Positions 9,554 to 18,876 of a stretch of DNA of 31,595 nt are shown in pieces; the first letter of the stretch is position 1; each line of letters starts with the position of its first letter. A program made the position numbers and the translations under genes. Source of the stretch: an uncultured Deferribacteres bacterium. Lineage in GTDB: Bacteria > Zhuqueibacterota > Zhuqueibacteria > Zhuqueibacterales > Geothermadaptataceae. Under the pieces are notes generated by a model that saw only the letters and a list, made by a program, of their open reading frames with translations, made no database searches and was not told the origin of the DNA. The stretch spans positions 1 to 31,595 of the forward strand of contig CAXHAT010000085.1 in assembly GCA_964014485.1 (NCBI GenBank), written 5' to 3'.

Positions 9554-11245
9554 TCATGACGATTTTTGTTCTAATTTCGCCCATGAATCTCTTAACGCTG
9601 TAATCCGATTAAAAACAGGCTTTTCTGACGAAGAATCCGGGTCTACGGAAAAATAGCCGGTGCGCTCAAACTGAACGCGATGACCAATCTCCGCATTCTT
9701 CAAGCCGGGCTCAACCAGAACATTTTCAATAACTTCCAGCGAATCGGGATTGAGAAATTCCTTGTAGTCCTTCCCTTTCTCTGAAGTTGGCGAAGGCACG
9801 GTAAAAAGACGGTCGTAGAGTCTCACTTCCGCCGTGACTGCGTGTTCGGCGGAGACCCAGTGCAGCGTGCCTTTAACCTTGCGCCCGTCTTTTGACCAAC
9901 CGCCCTTCGTCGCAGGATCGTACGTGCAGCGAATCTCAACAATCTCACCCGTCTTTTCGTCTTTAATAGCACGTTCACACTTCACGTAGTAAGCAAATTT
10001 TAGCCGGACTTCGCGCCCGGGCGTCATTCGGAAAAATTTTTTGGGCGCTTCTTCGCGAAAATCATCACGCTCAATATAGAGCGTCCGGGAAAAAGGCAAT
10101 TTGCGCGTCCCTGCTTCCGGATCTTCAGGATTGTTTTTCGCATCCAGTTCTTCAGAATGCCCTTCCGGATAATTTTCAATCACAACCTTTAAAGGATTCA
10201 AAACGGCCATGACTCTTGGCGCGCGTTTGTTTAAATCTTCTCGAACCGCGTGCTCGAGCATGGCCATATCGACTAAACTGTCCGCCTTGGCCACGCCAAT
10301 ACGTTCACAAAAGTCGCGGATCGACTCAGGCGTATAACCTCGTCGCCGAATCCCGGCAATCGTTGGCATTCGCGGATCGTCCCAACCGTTCACAAAATTG
10401 TTTTGCACCAACTCCAATAATTTGCGCTTGCTGGTGATGGTATAAGCCAAATTGAGCCGGGCGAATTCGATTTGTTGCGGATGATGCTCAAGATCGGCTG
10501 AAGCTATCAGCCAATCATAAAGCGGTCGATGATTCTCAAATTCGAGCGTGCAAATAGAGTGCGTCACCGTTTCAAAAGCATCAGAATAGCCGTGCGCAAA
10601 GTCATACATCGGATAAATGTTCCACTTGTCGCCGGTTCGGTGATGCGCCATCTTTCGGATGCGGTAAAGCACGGGATCGCGAAGCGTAATGTGCGGGGAA
10701 GCCATGTCAATTTTTGCCCGCAAAACATGCGCGCCTTCCTCGAACTCGCCGTTTTTCATGCGCTCAAAAAGATCGAGGCTTTCTTCCGGCGCGCGATCGC
10801 GGTAGGGACTGTTTTTTCCCGGCTCTTTCAACGTTCCGCGATGCGCGCGAATTTCTTCGGCGCTCAGACTATCGACGTACGCCTTGCCTTTCTTGATAAG
10901 CAGGATTGCCAGTTCGTACAATCTGTCAAAATAATCGGAGGCGTAGTAGAGATGCTCGCCCCAATCAAAACCAAGCCAATGCACGTCGTTCATGATGGAA
11001 TCGACGTATTCGGTTTCTTCTTTCTCCGGGTTGGTGTCATCAAATCGCAAGTGGCAACGCCCTTTGTAATCGCGCGCCAAGCCGAAATTCAGACAAATCG
11101 ATTTTGCATGACCGATGTGCAAGTACCCGTTGGGCTCCGGCGGGAATCTGGTGACGACGGCGCCGTCGTTTTTGTCTACCCGAATATCTTCTTCTATCTT
11201 TTGCCGAATGAAATTGGAAGGCGCGGAAGTTTCTGACACGCTCAT
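9554..11245 (-). CDS. glnS: Glutamine--tRNA ligase
   Basis: '[18 protein letters not shown]' (HIGH motif), 'RFDDTNP', 'THSICTLEF', 'TSKRKL', 'WDDPRMPT', 'QFER.GYF'. Confidence 0.97.
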   Translation of the reverse strand: MSVSETSAPSNFIRQKIEEDIRVDKNDGAVVTRFPPEPNGYLHIGHAKSICLNFGLARDYKGRCHLRFDDTNPEKEETEYVDSIMNDVHWLGFDWGEHLYYASDYFDRLYELAILLIKKGKAYVDSLSAEEIRAHRGTLKEPGKNSPYRDRAPEESLDLFERMKNGEFEEGAHVLRAKIDMASPHITLRDPVLYRIRKMAHHRTGDKWNIYPMYDFAHGYSDAFETVTHSICTLEFENHRPLYDWLIASADLEHHPQQIEFARLNLAYTITSKRKLLELVQNNFVNGWDDPRMPTIAGIRRRGYTPESIRDFCERIGVAKADSLVDMAMLEHAVREDLNKRAPRVMAVLNPLKVVIENYPEGHSEELDAKNNPEDPEAGTRKLPFSRTLYIERDDFREEAPKKFFRMTPGREVRLKFAYYVKCERAIKDEKTGEIVEIRCTYDPATKGGWSKDGRKVKGTLHWVSAEHAVTAEVRLYDRLFTVPSPTSEKGKDYKEFLNPDSLEVIENVLVEPGLKNAEIGHRVQFERTGYFSVDPDSSSEKPVFNRITALRDSWAKLEQKSS

Positions 11246-11422
11246 GAATCTCGTCCCATGCTAAAGGTCATTATCGCAAGACGTTGCTAGCTGATACGTG
11301 AAATTGCCGTCTGTCAGCTAAAGGCGGTAAAAAAACTGGACTTTCTCCGCCCGTAATCTCTGCTTGCTCGTGAAATGCTTGAAATTTTGGAAACGTATAG
11401 TTTAACAAACCGCGCGAATTAA

Positions 11423-12754
11423 TCAACTCTTGATTGGTTGCGGAGAAAAAATTCCGACGGTTTCGCGCTGCTGGAGCAACGGTTTGTTCTGAACGAGGGA
11501 AACGATAAGAATAAGGTAGGCAAAAACATACATGATCCCTGTAGCGGGATTATCGAGAAAAAGACAAGTTTCCTGAACATTCAAAATCAGCGCGCTGACA
11601 AAAAACCATTTCCAGGCAAACGCCCCTGGATAATGACGCAGCTTCACGAAAAATGTCAGAATCATGCCGATTAGCAAAATGACGCCGACTATGCCGGTTT
11701 CATTTAAAAAATCAATGTAACCGGAGTGCGCCTGATTTGGGAGCCAAATAAAACGCGGGTCTTCATAAAGCGACATAACCGGCGGATTCCCAACGACCCA
11801 AAACCCGCCGAATCCGGCGCCAACCAGAGGATGGGCAAATGCTTCGTCAAGCACTTCCGCCCACAACTCGGTGCGCCCCGTAAACGTCGCGTCTTTGCCG
11901 AACTGTCCCAAAATCATCTCAAACGTTTCGGGATAAAACATCTGAATCATCAAATAGGCAAAAGCGAAACAGCTTGCGAGGAGCACGGAAAAATAACGCC
12001 CCATTCCTGGCGGTGAAAAAAGTTTTTCGGTGGCCAATAACGCAAACAAAGCGGTGATAAAAAGAAAAACGATCAACGATGTGCTGCTCTGGGCGCCAAT
12101 CAAAATAACAATCGAAGCCGCGAGGTAGGCCCCAGAAATACATTTTGCACGAAAGCCGACATCTCGTTTGAAAGCTGAGGCCCAAACGATCACGCTCAAA
12201 AGGGAAATTTGCCCCAAGTGATTTTTATGAGGAGCCAAGCCTCGCCACGCCGGAAACTCCCATTGAATCGCTTCCGGAACGACGGCCACGGAAATCAGCG
12301 TCAGCGGAATATAGATTCCGAGAATTATTTTGAAATACTTGAGCGCTTCATCAACGGAGTCCAAATGCAAAAGGAACGCGAGGCAAGCGGCGGACGAACC
12401 GAACAATTTCATCCAGCGTTTGAATGTAACGAATGAATAATCCGACCATAATACGCTCAAAAAACACCAGGCGATTAGCAGCGTAAAGAATTTTTCTTCT
12501 TTGATAAATTGCACCACTCTCCGGCGCTTCCGATAGAGTAGAAAGAGAGAAATTGCATAGATTGGGAGGTAGATGAGTTGACTGACGATATTGGAAGAAC
12601 TTATATCGTCGACGTCCCGAATGTCATCGCCGAACGGCGTGCTCGTTCCGAAAAAAATAAAAAACGTAAAGACCGTGAAAACGATTCTTGAGAGCGTTTT
12701 CGCATCGAGCCCGCTGAAATTGAAGAGCGGTTTGTTAAGAGAATATTGAACCAT
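11423..12754 (-). CDS. O-antigen ligase/Wzy polymerase family membrane protein
   Basis: Many TM helices; 'WRGL..HKN.LG', 'TFTGRTELW', 'G.GFGGFW', 'AHSGYID...ETG.VG'. Confidence 0.85.
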   Translation of the reverse strand: MVQYSLNKPLFNFSGLDAKTLSRIVFTVFTFFIFFGTSTPFGDDIRDVDDISSSNIVSQLIYLPIYAISLFLLYRKRRRVVQFIKEEKFFTLLIAWCFLSVLWSDYSFVTFKRWMKLFGSSAACLAFLLHLDSVDEALKYFKIILGIYIPLTLISVAVVPEAIQWEFPAWRGLAPHKNHLGQISLLSVIVWASAFKRDVGFRAKCISGAYLAASIVILIGAQSSTSLIVFLFITALFALLATEKLFSPPGMGRYFSVLLASCFAFAYLMIQMFYPETFEMILGQFGKDATFTGRTELWAEVLDEAFAHPLVGAGFGGFWVVGNPPVMSLYEDPRFIWLPNQAHSGYIDFLNETGIVGVILLIGMILTFFVKLRHYPGAFAWKWFFVSALILNVQETCLFLDNPATGIMYVFAYLILIVSLVQNKPLLQQRETVGIFSPQPIKS

Positions 12755-12767
12755 CTATTGTTGGTTG

Positions 12768-12900
12768 TGTAGAGGGTTGTCCAAAAACATGATCTCTGAA
12801 TGACAGACGTACCACGTGTAGGGGTTCAAGATCTTGAACCCCTACGACAAGAAGAGATGTGTGTCACTCCGCAAATTTTGCGTTCTGGACGGCCCCTACA
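12768..12900. mobile_element. MITE-like element enclosing a GTAG palindrome
   Basis: Imperfect terminal IRs TGTAGAGGGTTGTCCAAAAAC / GTTCTGGACGGCCCCTACA, with a central 28-bp palindrome. Confidence 0.55.
12818..12845. repeat. 28-bp perfect GTAG-type REP-like palindrome
   Basis: GTAGGGGTTCAAGA|TCTTGAACCCCTAC. Confidence 0.8.
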
Positions 12901-12920
12901 TCCACATTTCAATTCGTTTA

Positions 12921-13061
12921 GAGCGTATTTGGAAAGTCCAAAATTGTCATGCTGTAAGCATCTTTTTTAGGCTTTTCCGCAAAAATTGTGGGAACGTTCA
13001 TGCCTCGCGACTCAAAAAGATTCCTACGGAATGACAAGGCAGGGACTTTCCAAATGCACTC
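12921..13061. mobile_element. MITE with IS5-family (IS1031 group)-like ends and TTA target duplication
   Basis: TIRs GAGCGTATTTGGAAAGTCC / GGACTTTCCAAATGCACTC (17/19 match), flanked by TTA at 12918..12920 and 13062..13064. GAG ends with a TWA duplication are typical of the IS1031 group. Confidence 0.75.
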
Positions 13062-14018
13062 TTAGGTGCGATACTCTTGATAGTGCCACCGAAAAACCGC
13101 CATAAAATGGCCAACATTCGAAGCCAACTTCGTCAGCCAGTGCATGAAATAAGTTCTGCTGCCTATCGACAAGGCCGCCAGCACAATCGCCGCGAGACAA
13201 TAAACAACGGCTTTCAGCAAAGCAATCGCGCCAAGCCGAACTCGCGCTTTGCGGGCGCGTTCCAGCAAGCGTCTCGTGTAGCAATTCCCGGTTCGCAAAT
13301 AGCGTTTTAGCAGATAGGTCGCATTCGTGCGATCAGGAGGAATGTCTTCGTAGGCGACGGCTTCATAGCAGTAAACGAATTTTGCGCCTGCTTGCATCAA
13401 TTCTCCAAAAAGGTGTGAATCGCCGCCGCCTGTGACGCCATAAGCCGGATCGAAAGGGCCGGAAAAATAAACAGATTCTTCATGACCGGTAACGACTGTG
13501 GAAGGACTGTGATTCTTCAACAAATCCGTCCGAATCAAACAATTCCCGCTCCAGGTTGTAGTGGCTGGTGCGCCGGTTTTGATTTTGGCAAAGGCCGCGT
13601 GAAAAAACGATCCTCGACGAATCCACTCCGGCGTGTCTTTGTGGAAACATGCCGCAACCCGCCCAAATACGCCGTCCGCTTTGCAGTTCCGCATAGTATG
13701 CAGTAGTTTTGCGATGCAGTCAGGAGCGGCGACCTCATCATCATCGATAAAAAAAATGAACTTGCCGCGCGCAACTCGAACGGCGGCGTTTCTGGCCAAG
13801 CTGATGTTCTTGACAGGCTCGCAAGCGTAGGAGCAACGCAGCGCGCTCTTTTGTTGAAATGCGCCAATGACCGGCGCGCCGCTTTGTTCGGCGTCATTGT
13901 CGATTACGATAATTTCCAGTTCAACGTCGTTCGGCAGTTGTTGTTTTTCAATGCTGCCTAGCAATTTTGCCAACCCTGAGGGACGTTTGTGTGTTGCGAT
14001 ACAAATTGAAATCAGCAT
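13062..14018 (-). CDS. Glycosyltransferase family 2
   Basis: 'ISICIATHKRP', 'IIVIDND', 'ARN', 'FIDDDE', 'GGGDSHL'. Confidence 0.9.
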   Translation of the reverse strand: MLISICIATHKRPSGLAKLLGSIEKQQLPNDVELEIIVIDNDAEQSGAPVIGAFQQKSALRCSYACEPVKNISLARNAAVRVARGKFIFFIDDDEVAAPDCIAKLLHTMRNCKADGVFGRVAACFHKDTPEWIRRGSFFHAAFAKIKTGAPATTTWSGNCLIRTDLLKNHSPSTVVTGHEESVYFSGPFDPAYGVTGGGDSHLFGELMQAGAKFVYCYEAVAYEDIPPDRTNATYLLKRYLRTGNCYTRRLLERARKARVRLGAIALLKAVVYCLAAIVLAALSIGSRTYFMHWLTKLASNVGHFMAVFRWHYQEYRT

Positions 14019-14100
14019 TTTCCACCCTGCCGTTTCTTAAAATACTTGCGATAACTTCCGCCCCGGTTCTTGCCGCGATCCGCTAATTTAGCCAAAACGT

Positions 14101-14961
14101 TCATCGCCAAATCGTCTGTTTTCCCAACAATCTGTTGAGCTGTTGTTCTTGGGTGTAGGCGATTAGCTTCAAATCATCGACGCGGGGAAGCTTCTTGAGG
14201 AACCCTGAGATGTAACCGTAAAGCGTCGCAACTCCGGCGAAAAAGTATGGTTTGCTGAAAGAGAGCTTGGCGGCGCGAGCTAGCAAAAACAGCGGATGAT
14301 AGCCTGCGTAATAACATGCTAAACCACGATTTTTAAAGCCGTTAAGCGTACCTGAGGCGGTCTGCGTTTTGCGCAAATGAACGATTTTCAGTTCGGGAAA
14401 ACTGTAGGTTTGCCACCCGAGCATGTTGAGCTTGACTTCGTCAACTGTGTCCCAACCAAGATTGCTCTTTAGACCGCCGAGCTGCTTAAAACAAACGCTG
14501 CGGTAAGTTTTCGAGGGGCCGCGCGTGTGAAAGCGCGGGTGCTTTTCTTCGATCAATTCATCGCCGTTGGGCGCAAAGCAAACGCCGCTGGCCAACCCCA
14601 ATTTTGGGTTTTTGTCAAACTCTTCGAACAGCTTCTTGAAATAATCGCCGTCAAATGAAAGGTCGCCGTCCATGCGCACGATGAAATCATAGTCATCGAT
14701 ATTCAGCATGGCGATCCCTTCGTTAAGCACGAATTCACCGCCGGGCTTACGCTCGCGCGTCGGGGATTTGTGCAGCCCGACAATCCAGGAATGCTCTTTC
14801 TCCAGCTCGCGAATAATTTCGCCCGTCCGGTCAGTTGAACCGTCATTAACGATGATCCATTTTTCCGGCTTGGTTTCTTGCTTGAGCATGGACGCGACGG
14901 TTTTAGGAAAGAAATTCTCTTCGTCTTTTACCGGCGTAACGACAGCGTATTTATGTGACAT
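14101..14961 (-). CDS. Glycosyltransferase family 2
   Basis: 'VVTPVKDEE', 'IVNDGSTD', 'MDGDL', 'GWDTVDE'. Confidence 0.9.
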   Translation of the reverse strand: MSHKYAVVTPVKDEENFFPKTVASMLKQETKPEKWIIVNDGSTDRTGEIIRELEKEHSWIVGLHKSPTRERKPGGEFVLNEGIAMLNIDDYDFIVRMDGDLSFDGDYFKKLFEEFDKNPKLGLASGVCFAPNGDELIEEKHPRFHTRGPSKTYRSVCFKQLGGLKSNLGWDTVDEVKLNMLGWQTYSFPELKIVHLRKTQTASGTLNGFKNRGLACYYAGYHPLFLLARAAKLSFSKPYFFAGVATLYGYISGFLKKLPRVDDLKLIAYTQEQQLNRLLGKQTIWR

Positions 14962-14978
14962 TTCGATCTCCTTTTTGG

Positions 14979-16283
14979 CTATTGACTGTTTGTTTCTAAT
15001 TGTTGGCTGGTTATTGGTTTAATAGAAAAAGTTTTCCTAATGAGCCTTGTCGAAGCTGCGCCCGCGCTTGTCGCCAAGGTTGAAATGAGCTTGCAGTAAG
15101 CGGCCTTGTCTTTTTCCCAATCGAATTTTTGAAGGACTTTTTGCGCCGTCGCTGGGCGACGAGTCATTTCCTCTTTGAAGGGGGGAATTCTTTGTGCTTC
15201 ACGCAATTCGAACAATCGCTCTACCGTCTCCGCGATCTGCTCAAAGCCGGTCGGCTCGACAAACTCGATCTCGCCCGAGTCGAAGTAGTGCGCATGGCAA
15301 CGCGTTTTGGTCGTAATCACCGGCGTTCCCATAATCAGGCTTTCGATAGTTTTGGTGGACATCACAAGGTCGATGAAATCGTCGCGCTCCGGCAGCCAAA
15401 TCACGGTGTCGGCGTTGACGATTTCCTGCGGGATTTGTGTGATGGGCACAAGATCACGAATCTCAACGGATTCAGAGAGGTTTTGAGCATCGACGAACTC
15501 GCGCAAGTCATCCATAAATTCACCCTCGCCGATCACGCGAAAAAGGGCGTTGGGGACACGTTTGCGAATTGCCGGCAGCGCACGAACGACATTTCCCAGG
15601 CCGTTTCGCGCAGTGATTGTGCCGTGGAAGAGCAGCACGAACGGATCGTCCGCTTTTTTCGCCGGCGCTTCACAACGCTCGCGATTAAAAATCGCCCGAT
15701 CCGGCAAATTCATAATCACTGAAATGTTATCACTCGCCACGCCGTTTTCGGCGAGCGCTTCACGGCTTTGCACCGTTGTCGCCATGACTTTGTGGGCGAA
15801 TCGCGCGCTGCAACGTTCTTCAAATTTCAGCAATTTGTAAATCCAGCCGCCTGGACGTGCGCCGAGCTTGGTAATGAACAATTCCGGAAACGGATCGTGA
15901 ACGTCCAGCACGATTTTCGCGCCGCGCCGCTTGGCCAGCGCCGTCGCGAAGACCAAAAAATTGGGCATGTTGTGAACCTGAATCACAGCATAGTTTTTCC
16001 GCCAATCCAAACGCGTCAAGCGCACAAAACTGGCAACCAGGTACGCGGCGTATTCAAAAACGTAGCGCACGACCCCGCCGCGACGTTTCTTCAAATCGAT
16101 TTGATGCACTTCGACGCCATTCAACACATAGCGTTTTTCGCGATCTGGTTCACGCAAAGCGATTATGTCAACCGCGAACCCGTTTTGCACCAGCGCTTCT
16201 GCTTCTCGGCGCACGCGCCCGTCGGTGCTGTAATAATGCTGCACGATCATGCAGACGGATTTTTTGTTTCTTGCTTCCATCAT
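14979..16283 (-). CDS. Glycosyltransferase family 4
   Basis: 'DGRVRREAEAL', 'HNMP', 'DVHDPFPE', 'FHGTI..RNG', 'STKTIE..IMGTPVI'. Start reassigned to the ATG at 16283, which overlaps the flippase stop. Confidence 0.9.
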   Translation of the reverse strand: MMEARNKKSVCMIVQHYYSTDGRVRREAEALVQNGFAVDIIALREPDREKRYVLNGVEVHQIDLKKRRGGVVRYVFEYAAYLVASFVRLTRLDWRKNYAVIQVHNMPNFLVFATALAKRRGAKIVLDVHDPFPELFITKLGARPGGWIYKLLKFEERCSARFAHKVMATTVQSREALAENGVASDNISVIMNLPDRAIFNRERCEAPAKKADDPFVLLFHGTITARNGLGNVVRALPAIRKRVPNALFRVIGEGEFMDDLREFVDAQNLSESVEIRDLVPITQIPQEIVNADTVIWLPERDDFIDLVMSTKTIESLIMGTPVITTKTRCHAHYFDSGEIEFVEPTGFEQIAETVERLFELREAQRIPPFKEEMTRRPATAQKVLQKFDWEKDKAAYCKLISTLATSAGAASTRLIRKTFSIKPITSQQLETNSQ

Positions 16284-17572
16284 CACCCAACCTGGTAAAG
16301 CATTTGAGAAGAATCTTGTTTTTGAACCGTTTGCGTTTCTCTGGCCAGAGCCCGCCACAAGCCTGCTGAAAGCGCAAGCTCGCCTGCAAGCAGCGCAACC
16401 AGCGCGCCTTTCGCTCCCAAAATCGGAATCAAAATCAGCGATAAAACAATCGTTAAGGTCATCGTCACAACGCCCGCCTTTGAGACCACGTCGAAGCGCT
16501 TGCAAGCGCGCAAGGCGTAGCTGGCGTTGAGTGAGACGAAGCTGAACATTGCGATTAATCCGAGCAAAGGAATGTATTGGAACGCTTCGGCGTATTTGTC
16601 CGAGAGCACGTTGGTGAGCAGAACGCTCTCAGCCGCCAAAACAAGCAGCGTATAAACCACAATTCCCGCGACAATCATCGCCGTCACGCCAATCTGCTCT
16701 CTGAATAATTTCCGAATTTTGCCTTCCTGCCGCAGACGCGCGCCGCGAGGCGTGGCTACTTTTCCCCAACCTGCGTTGATAAGTGCGACCGGCCGCATCA
16801 GCACGCGCGCTGCGGCAATATCCGCAACGATGACGCTGCCGAGCATCGCGCCAATTAAGTAAAGAAAACTATAGGATTGCACGTGAGTGACGCAAACGCC
16901 GAGCAGCGCCCACCTGCCGTGTCCCCAATTTTCCAAAAAACCGCGACGGAAATCGCCTTTTTGCCGCAGCCAGGAGAGCCGTCCCGCTTCGAAAACGGTG
17001 ACGAGCAAGGCGCTTAAACCCATCGCGCCAAAAACGCCGGGGACGGACACGCCGAGCGTTTGGTGCAAGCCGAACAACAGTCCAAAAAACAGCGTCAAAT
17101 AAATAACGTCCATGCGCAAGACTTTGCCCGGCTTTTCCTCGGCGAAATAGAGGGCGCGCAGAAATTCACGCAATAGTAAGCCGATTGCGGCGGCGCATAC
17201 GCTTAAGCCTGCATAAACAATATCTTGCGGCGCGCCCAAAATCATAAGCAGCGCTAAAATCAAGGCCGCAACGCCCATGATCGGCGTGATTGAGCGAACT
17301 TGGCCCCAGAACAATCCCGCCAGATACTTTTCGCGATCAGCGTCGTTTTTCTCCGTTAGCAAAACCGTCATCGGCGAGTTGATCAGCGCATTTTGCAGCG
17401 AAATCAAGAACAGCGAAATCGGGAAAATGACGGCGTACAAGCCGAACGCTTCCTTGGTCACCGTTTTGATCAAAAGGATCGCGACGGCAAAATTTGCAGC
17501 CGCCAAAATCATCTGGTCGAACAACGCCGCGCCGAATCGGGAAAACAGCTTTTTTTGCAAAAGGGCCTTCAT
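16283..17572 (-). CDS. Wzx-like polysaccharide flippase (MATE/MOP superfamily)
   Basis: About 12 TM segments; 'DQMIL.AANF...L.K....EAFGLYA'. Start reassigned to 17572 (ATGA overlap with the upstream GT4 stop). Confidence 0.8.
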   Translation of the reverse strand: MKALLQKKLFSRFGAALFDQMILAAANFAVAILLIKTVTKEAFGLYAVIFPISLFLISLQNALINSPMTVLLTEKNDADREKYLAGLFWGQVRSITPIMGVAALILALLMILGAPQDIVYAGLSVCAAAIGLLLREFLRALYFAEEKPGKVLRMDVIYLTLFFGLLFGLHQTLGVSVPGVFGAMGLSALLVTVFEAGRLSWLRQKGDFRRGFLENWGHGRWALLGVCVTHVQSYSFLYLIGAMLGSVIVADIAAARVLMRPVALINAGWGKVATPRGARLRQEGKIRKLFREQIGVTAMIVAGIVVYTLLVLAAESVLLTNVLSDKYAEAFQYIPLLGLIAMFSFVSLNASYALRACKRFDVVSKAGVVTMTLTIVLSLILIPILGAKGALVALLAGELALSAGLWRALARETQTVQKQDSSQMLYQVG

Positions 17573-18861
17573 GCGGAAACAGACTCCTGCGTGCACGCCC
17601 AGGCGGTGCGGTCGATGATTTCCGTTTCAATTGTAAAACGTCGGGGGCCGCCGTTCTGCGGTTCGTTGCCGGGCAAAGTGGAATCCGGCCCGCCGTGGAT
17701 CAGGCTGTTGATCGCATAAACGAAACGCCGCTTTTCAATCGACCACCTGTGCTGCTGATAAACGTCGCGAGCATGGCGATGAATCTCAGCCGCGTTGCCG
17801 GATTGCAGGTAAAGGCTGCGAATGGCTTGTTTGAGGCTTTCCACATCGCCGGCGGTAAAATAATTCATGCCGCTTTCGCCAAAGTAGTCCTGAACGCCGC
17901 GCGTTTTTGGAGCAATGACAGGCTTGTCGAGCGCTAAATATTCGAAGATTCTTGTCGGAAAATTGAGATTCGTGAACGGCGACATGCGATTCGGAATAAT
18001 TCCAACATCCACCGTTGAAATTTGTCTTGCGATGTCTTGCAAAGGAACGCGCGAGTGGAAAATAACGTGGCTGTGGAGTTCAAGCTCGTCAATAAGTTTG
18101 AGTAGACGTCCGCTCATTTCGCCGGAACCGTAAATATGAAAAACCAGGCTCGGGATTTCATTGCGCAGCTCGTGAACGGCGCGCACGGCGAGATCGACGC
18201 CGCTCCGTTCGAGCAACCCGCCGTGATACATAAGCACAAAATCGTCTGGGTTTTCGCGTTCTGTATCTAATAGGCCGGGGTGAAAGACTGTTTCTAACGG
18301 AGAGTTCATCACGATTCTGAGCTTTTCTTCGGGGCAGCCGCGAGAAACAAATATGTCACGAAAGGCGATGTTTGGCGTGAGTACAAGATTCGCGAACCGA
18401 ATGCTCAGCTTCTCAATCATGCGCAGGGTGCGAATGAACCAATGCTTTTCATCGACGCCGAACTTTGTCATAAAGATTTCCGGCGTCGGGTCATGCAAAT
18501 CGAGCACGATTTTGGCGCCGGTCAGTTTTGGAAGAATCGCTGAAAACACCAGAAAATCCGGCATGTTGTGAACGTGAATAAGATCATAGCGATTGCGTAA
18601 ATGGCGAGCGGTCGTTATCCGAAAACTTTTCAAAAAGAATCGGAAATATTGCCAAATATAGCGCAGTTTCCCAGCGCGCTTTCGCTCTAAATCAACGCGA
18701 AAAACGTTTACGCCGTCAAGGTTCACCTTTTTCAGCATTCCCGGGTCGCGCAGGCAGATCACGTCAACGTGCATCCCCGCGTCAACCAGTGCGCGAGCTT
18801 CCCGCACCACGCGCGGGTCGCGAGGATAGTAGGAAAATGTCGTCATCAATACTCTTTTCAT
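17569..18861 (-). CDS. Glycosyltransferase family 4
   Basis: 'DPRVVREARAL', 'HNMPDFLVF', 'DLHDPTPE', 'PTRIFEYLALDKPVI'; paralog of 14979..16283. Confidence 0.9.
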   Translation of the reverse strand: MKRVLMTTFSYYPRDPRVVREARALVDAGMHVDVICLRDPGMLKKVNLDGVNVFRVDLERKRAGKLRYIWQYFRFFLKSFRITTARHLRNRYDLIHVHNMPDFLVFSAILPKLTGAKIVLDLHDPTPEIFMTKFGVDEKHWFIRTLRMIEKLSIRFANLVLTPNIAFRDIFVSRGCPEEKLRIVMNSPLETVFHPGLLDTERENPDDFVLMYHGGLLERSGVDLAVRAVHELRNEIPSLVFHIYGSGEMSGRLLKLIDELELHSHVIFHSRVPLQDIARQISTVDVGIIPNRMSPFTNLNFPTRIFEYLALDKPVIAPKTRGVQDYFGESGMNYFTAGDVESLKQAIRSLYLQSGNAAEIHRHARDVYQQHRWSIEKRRFVYAINSLIHGGPDSTLPGNEPQNGGPRRFTIETEIIDRTAWACTQESVSA

Positions 18862-18876
18862 TATAACAACCTTGAG

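Noticed and set aside
10529..11236. 235-aa plus-strand ORF
   Set aside because: Antisense shadow of glnS.
11246..11422. T-box or other leader RNA upstream of glnS
   Set aside because: Only one imperfect hairpin (TAGCTGA...TCAGCTA); no T-box consensus.
16284..16505. N-terminal extension of the GT4 in the ORF track
   Set aside because: It overlaps the flippase out of frame; GT4-like sequence starts at MMEARNKK (16283).
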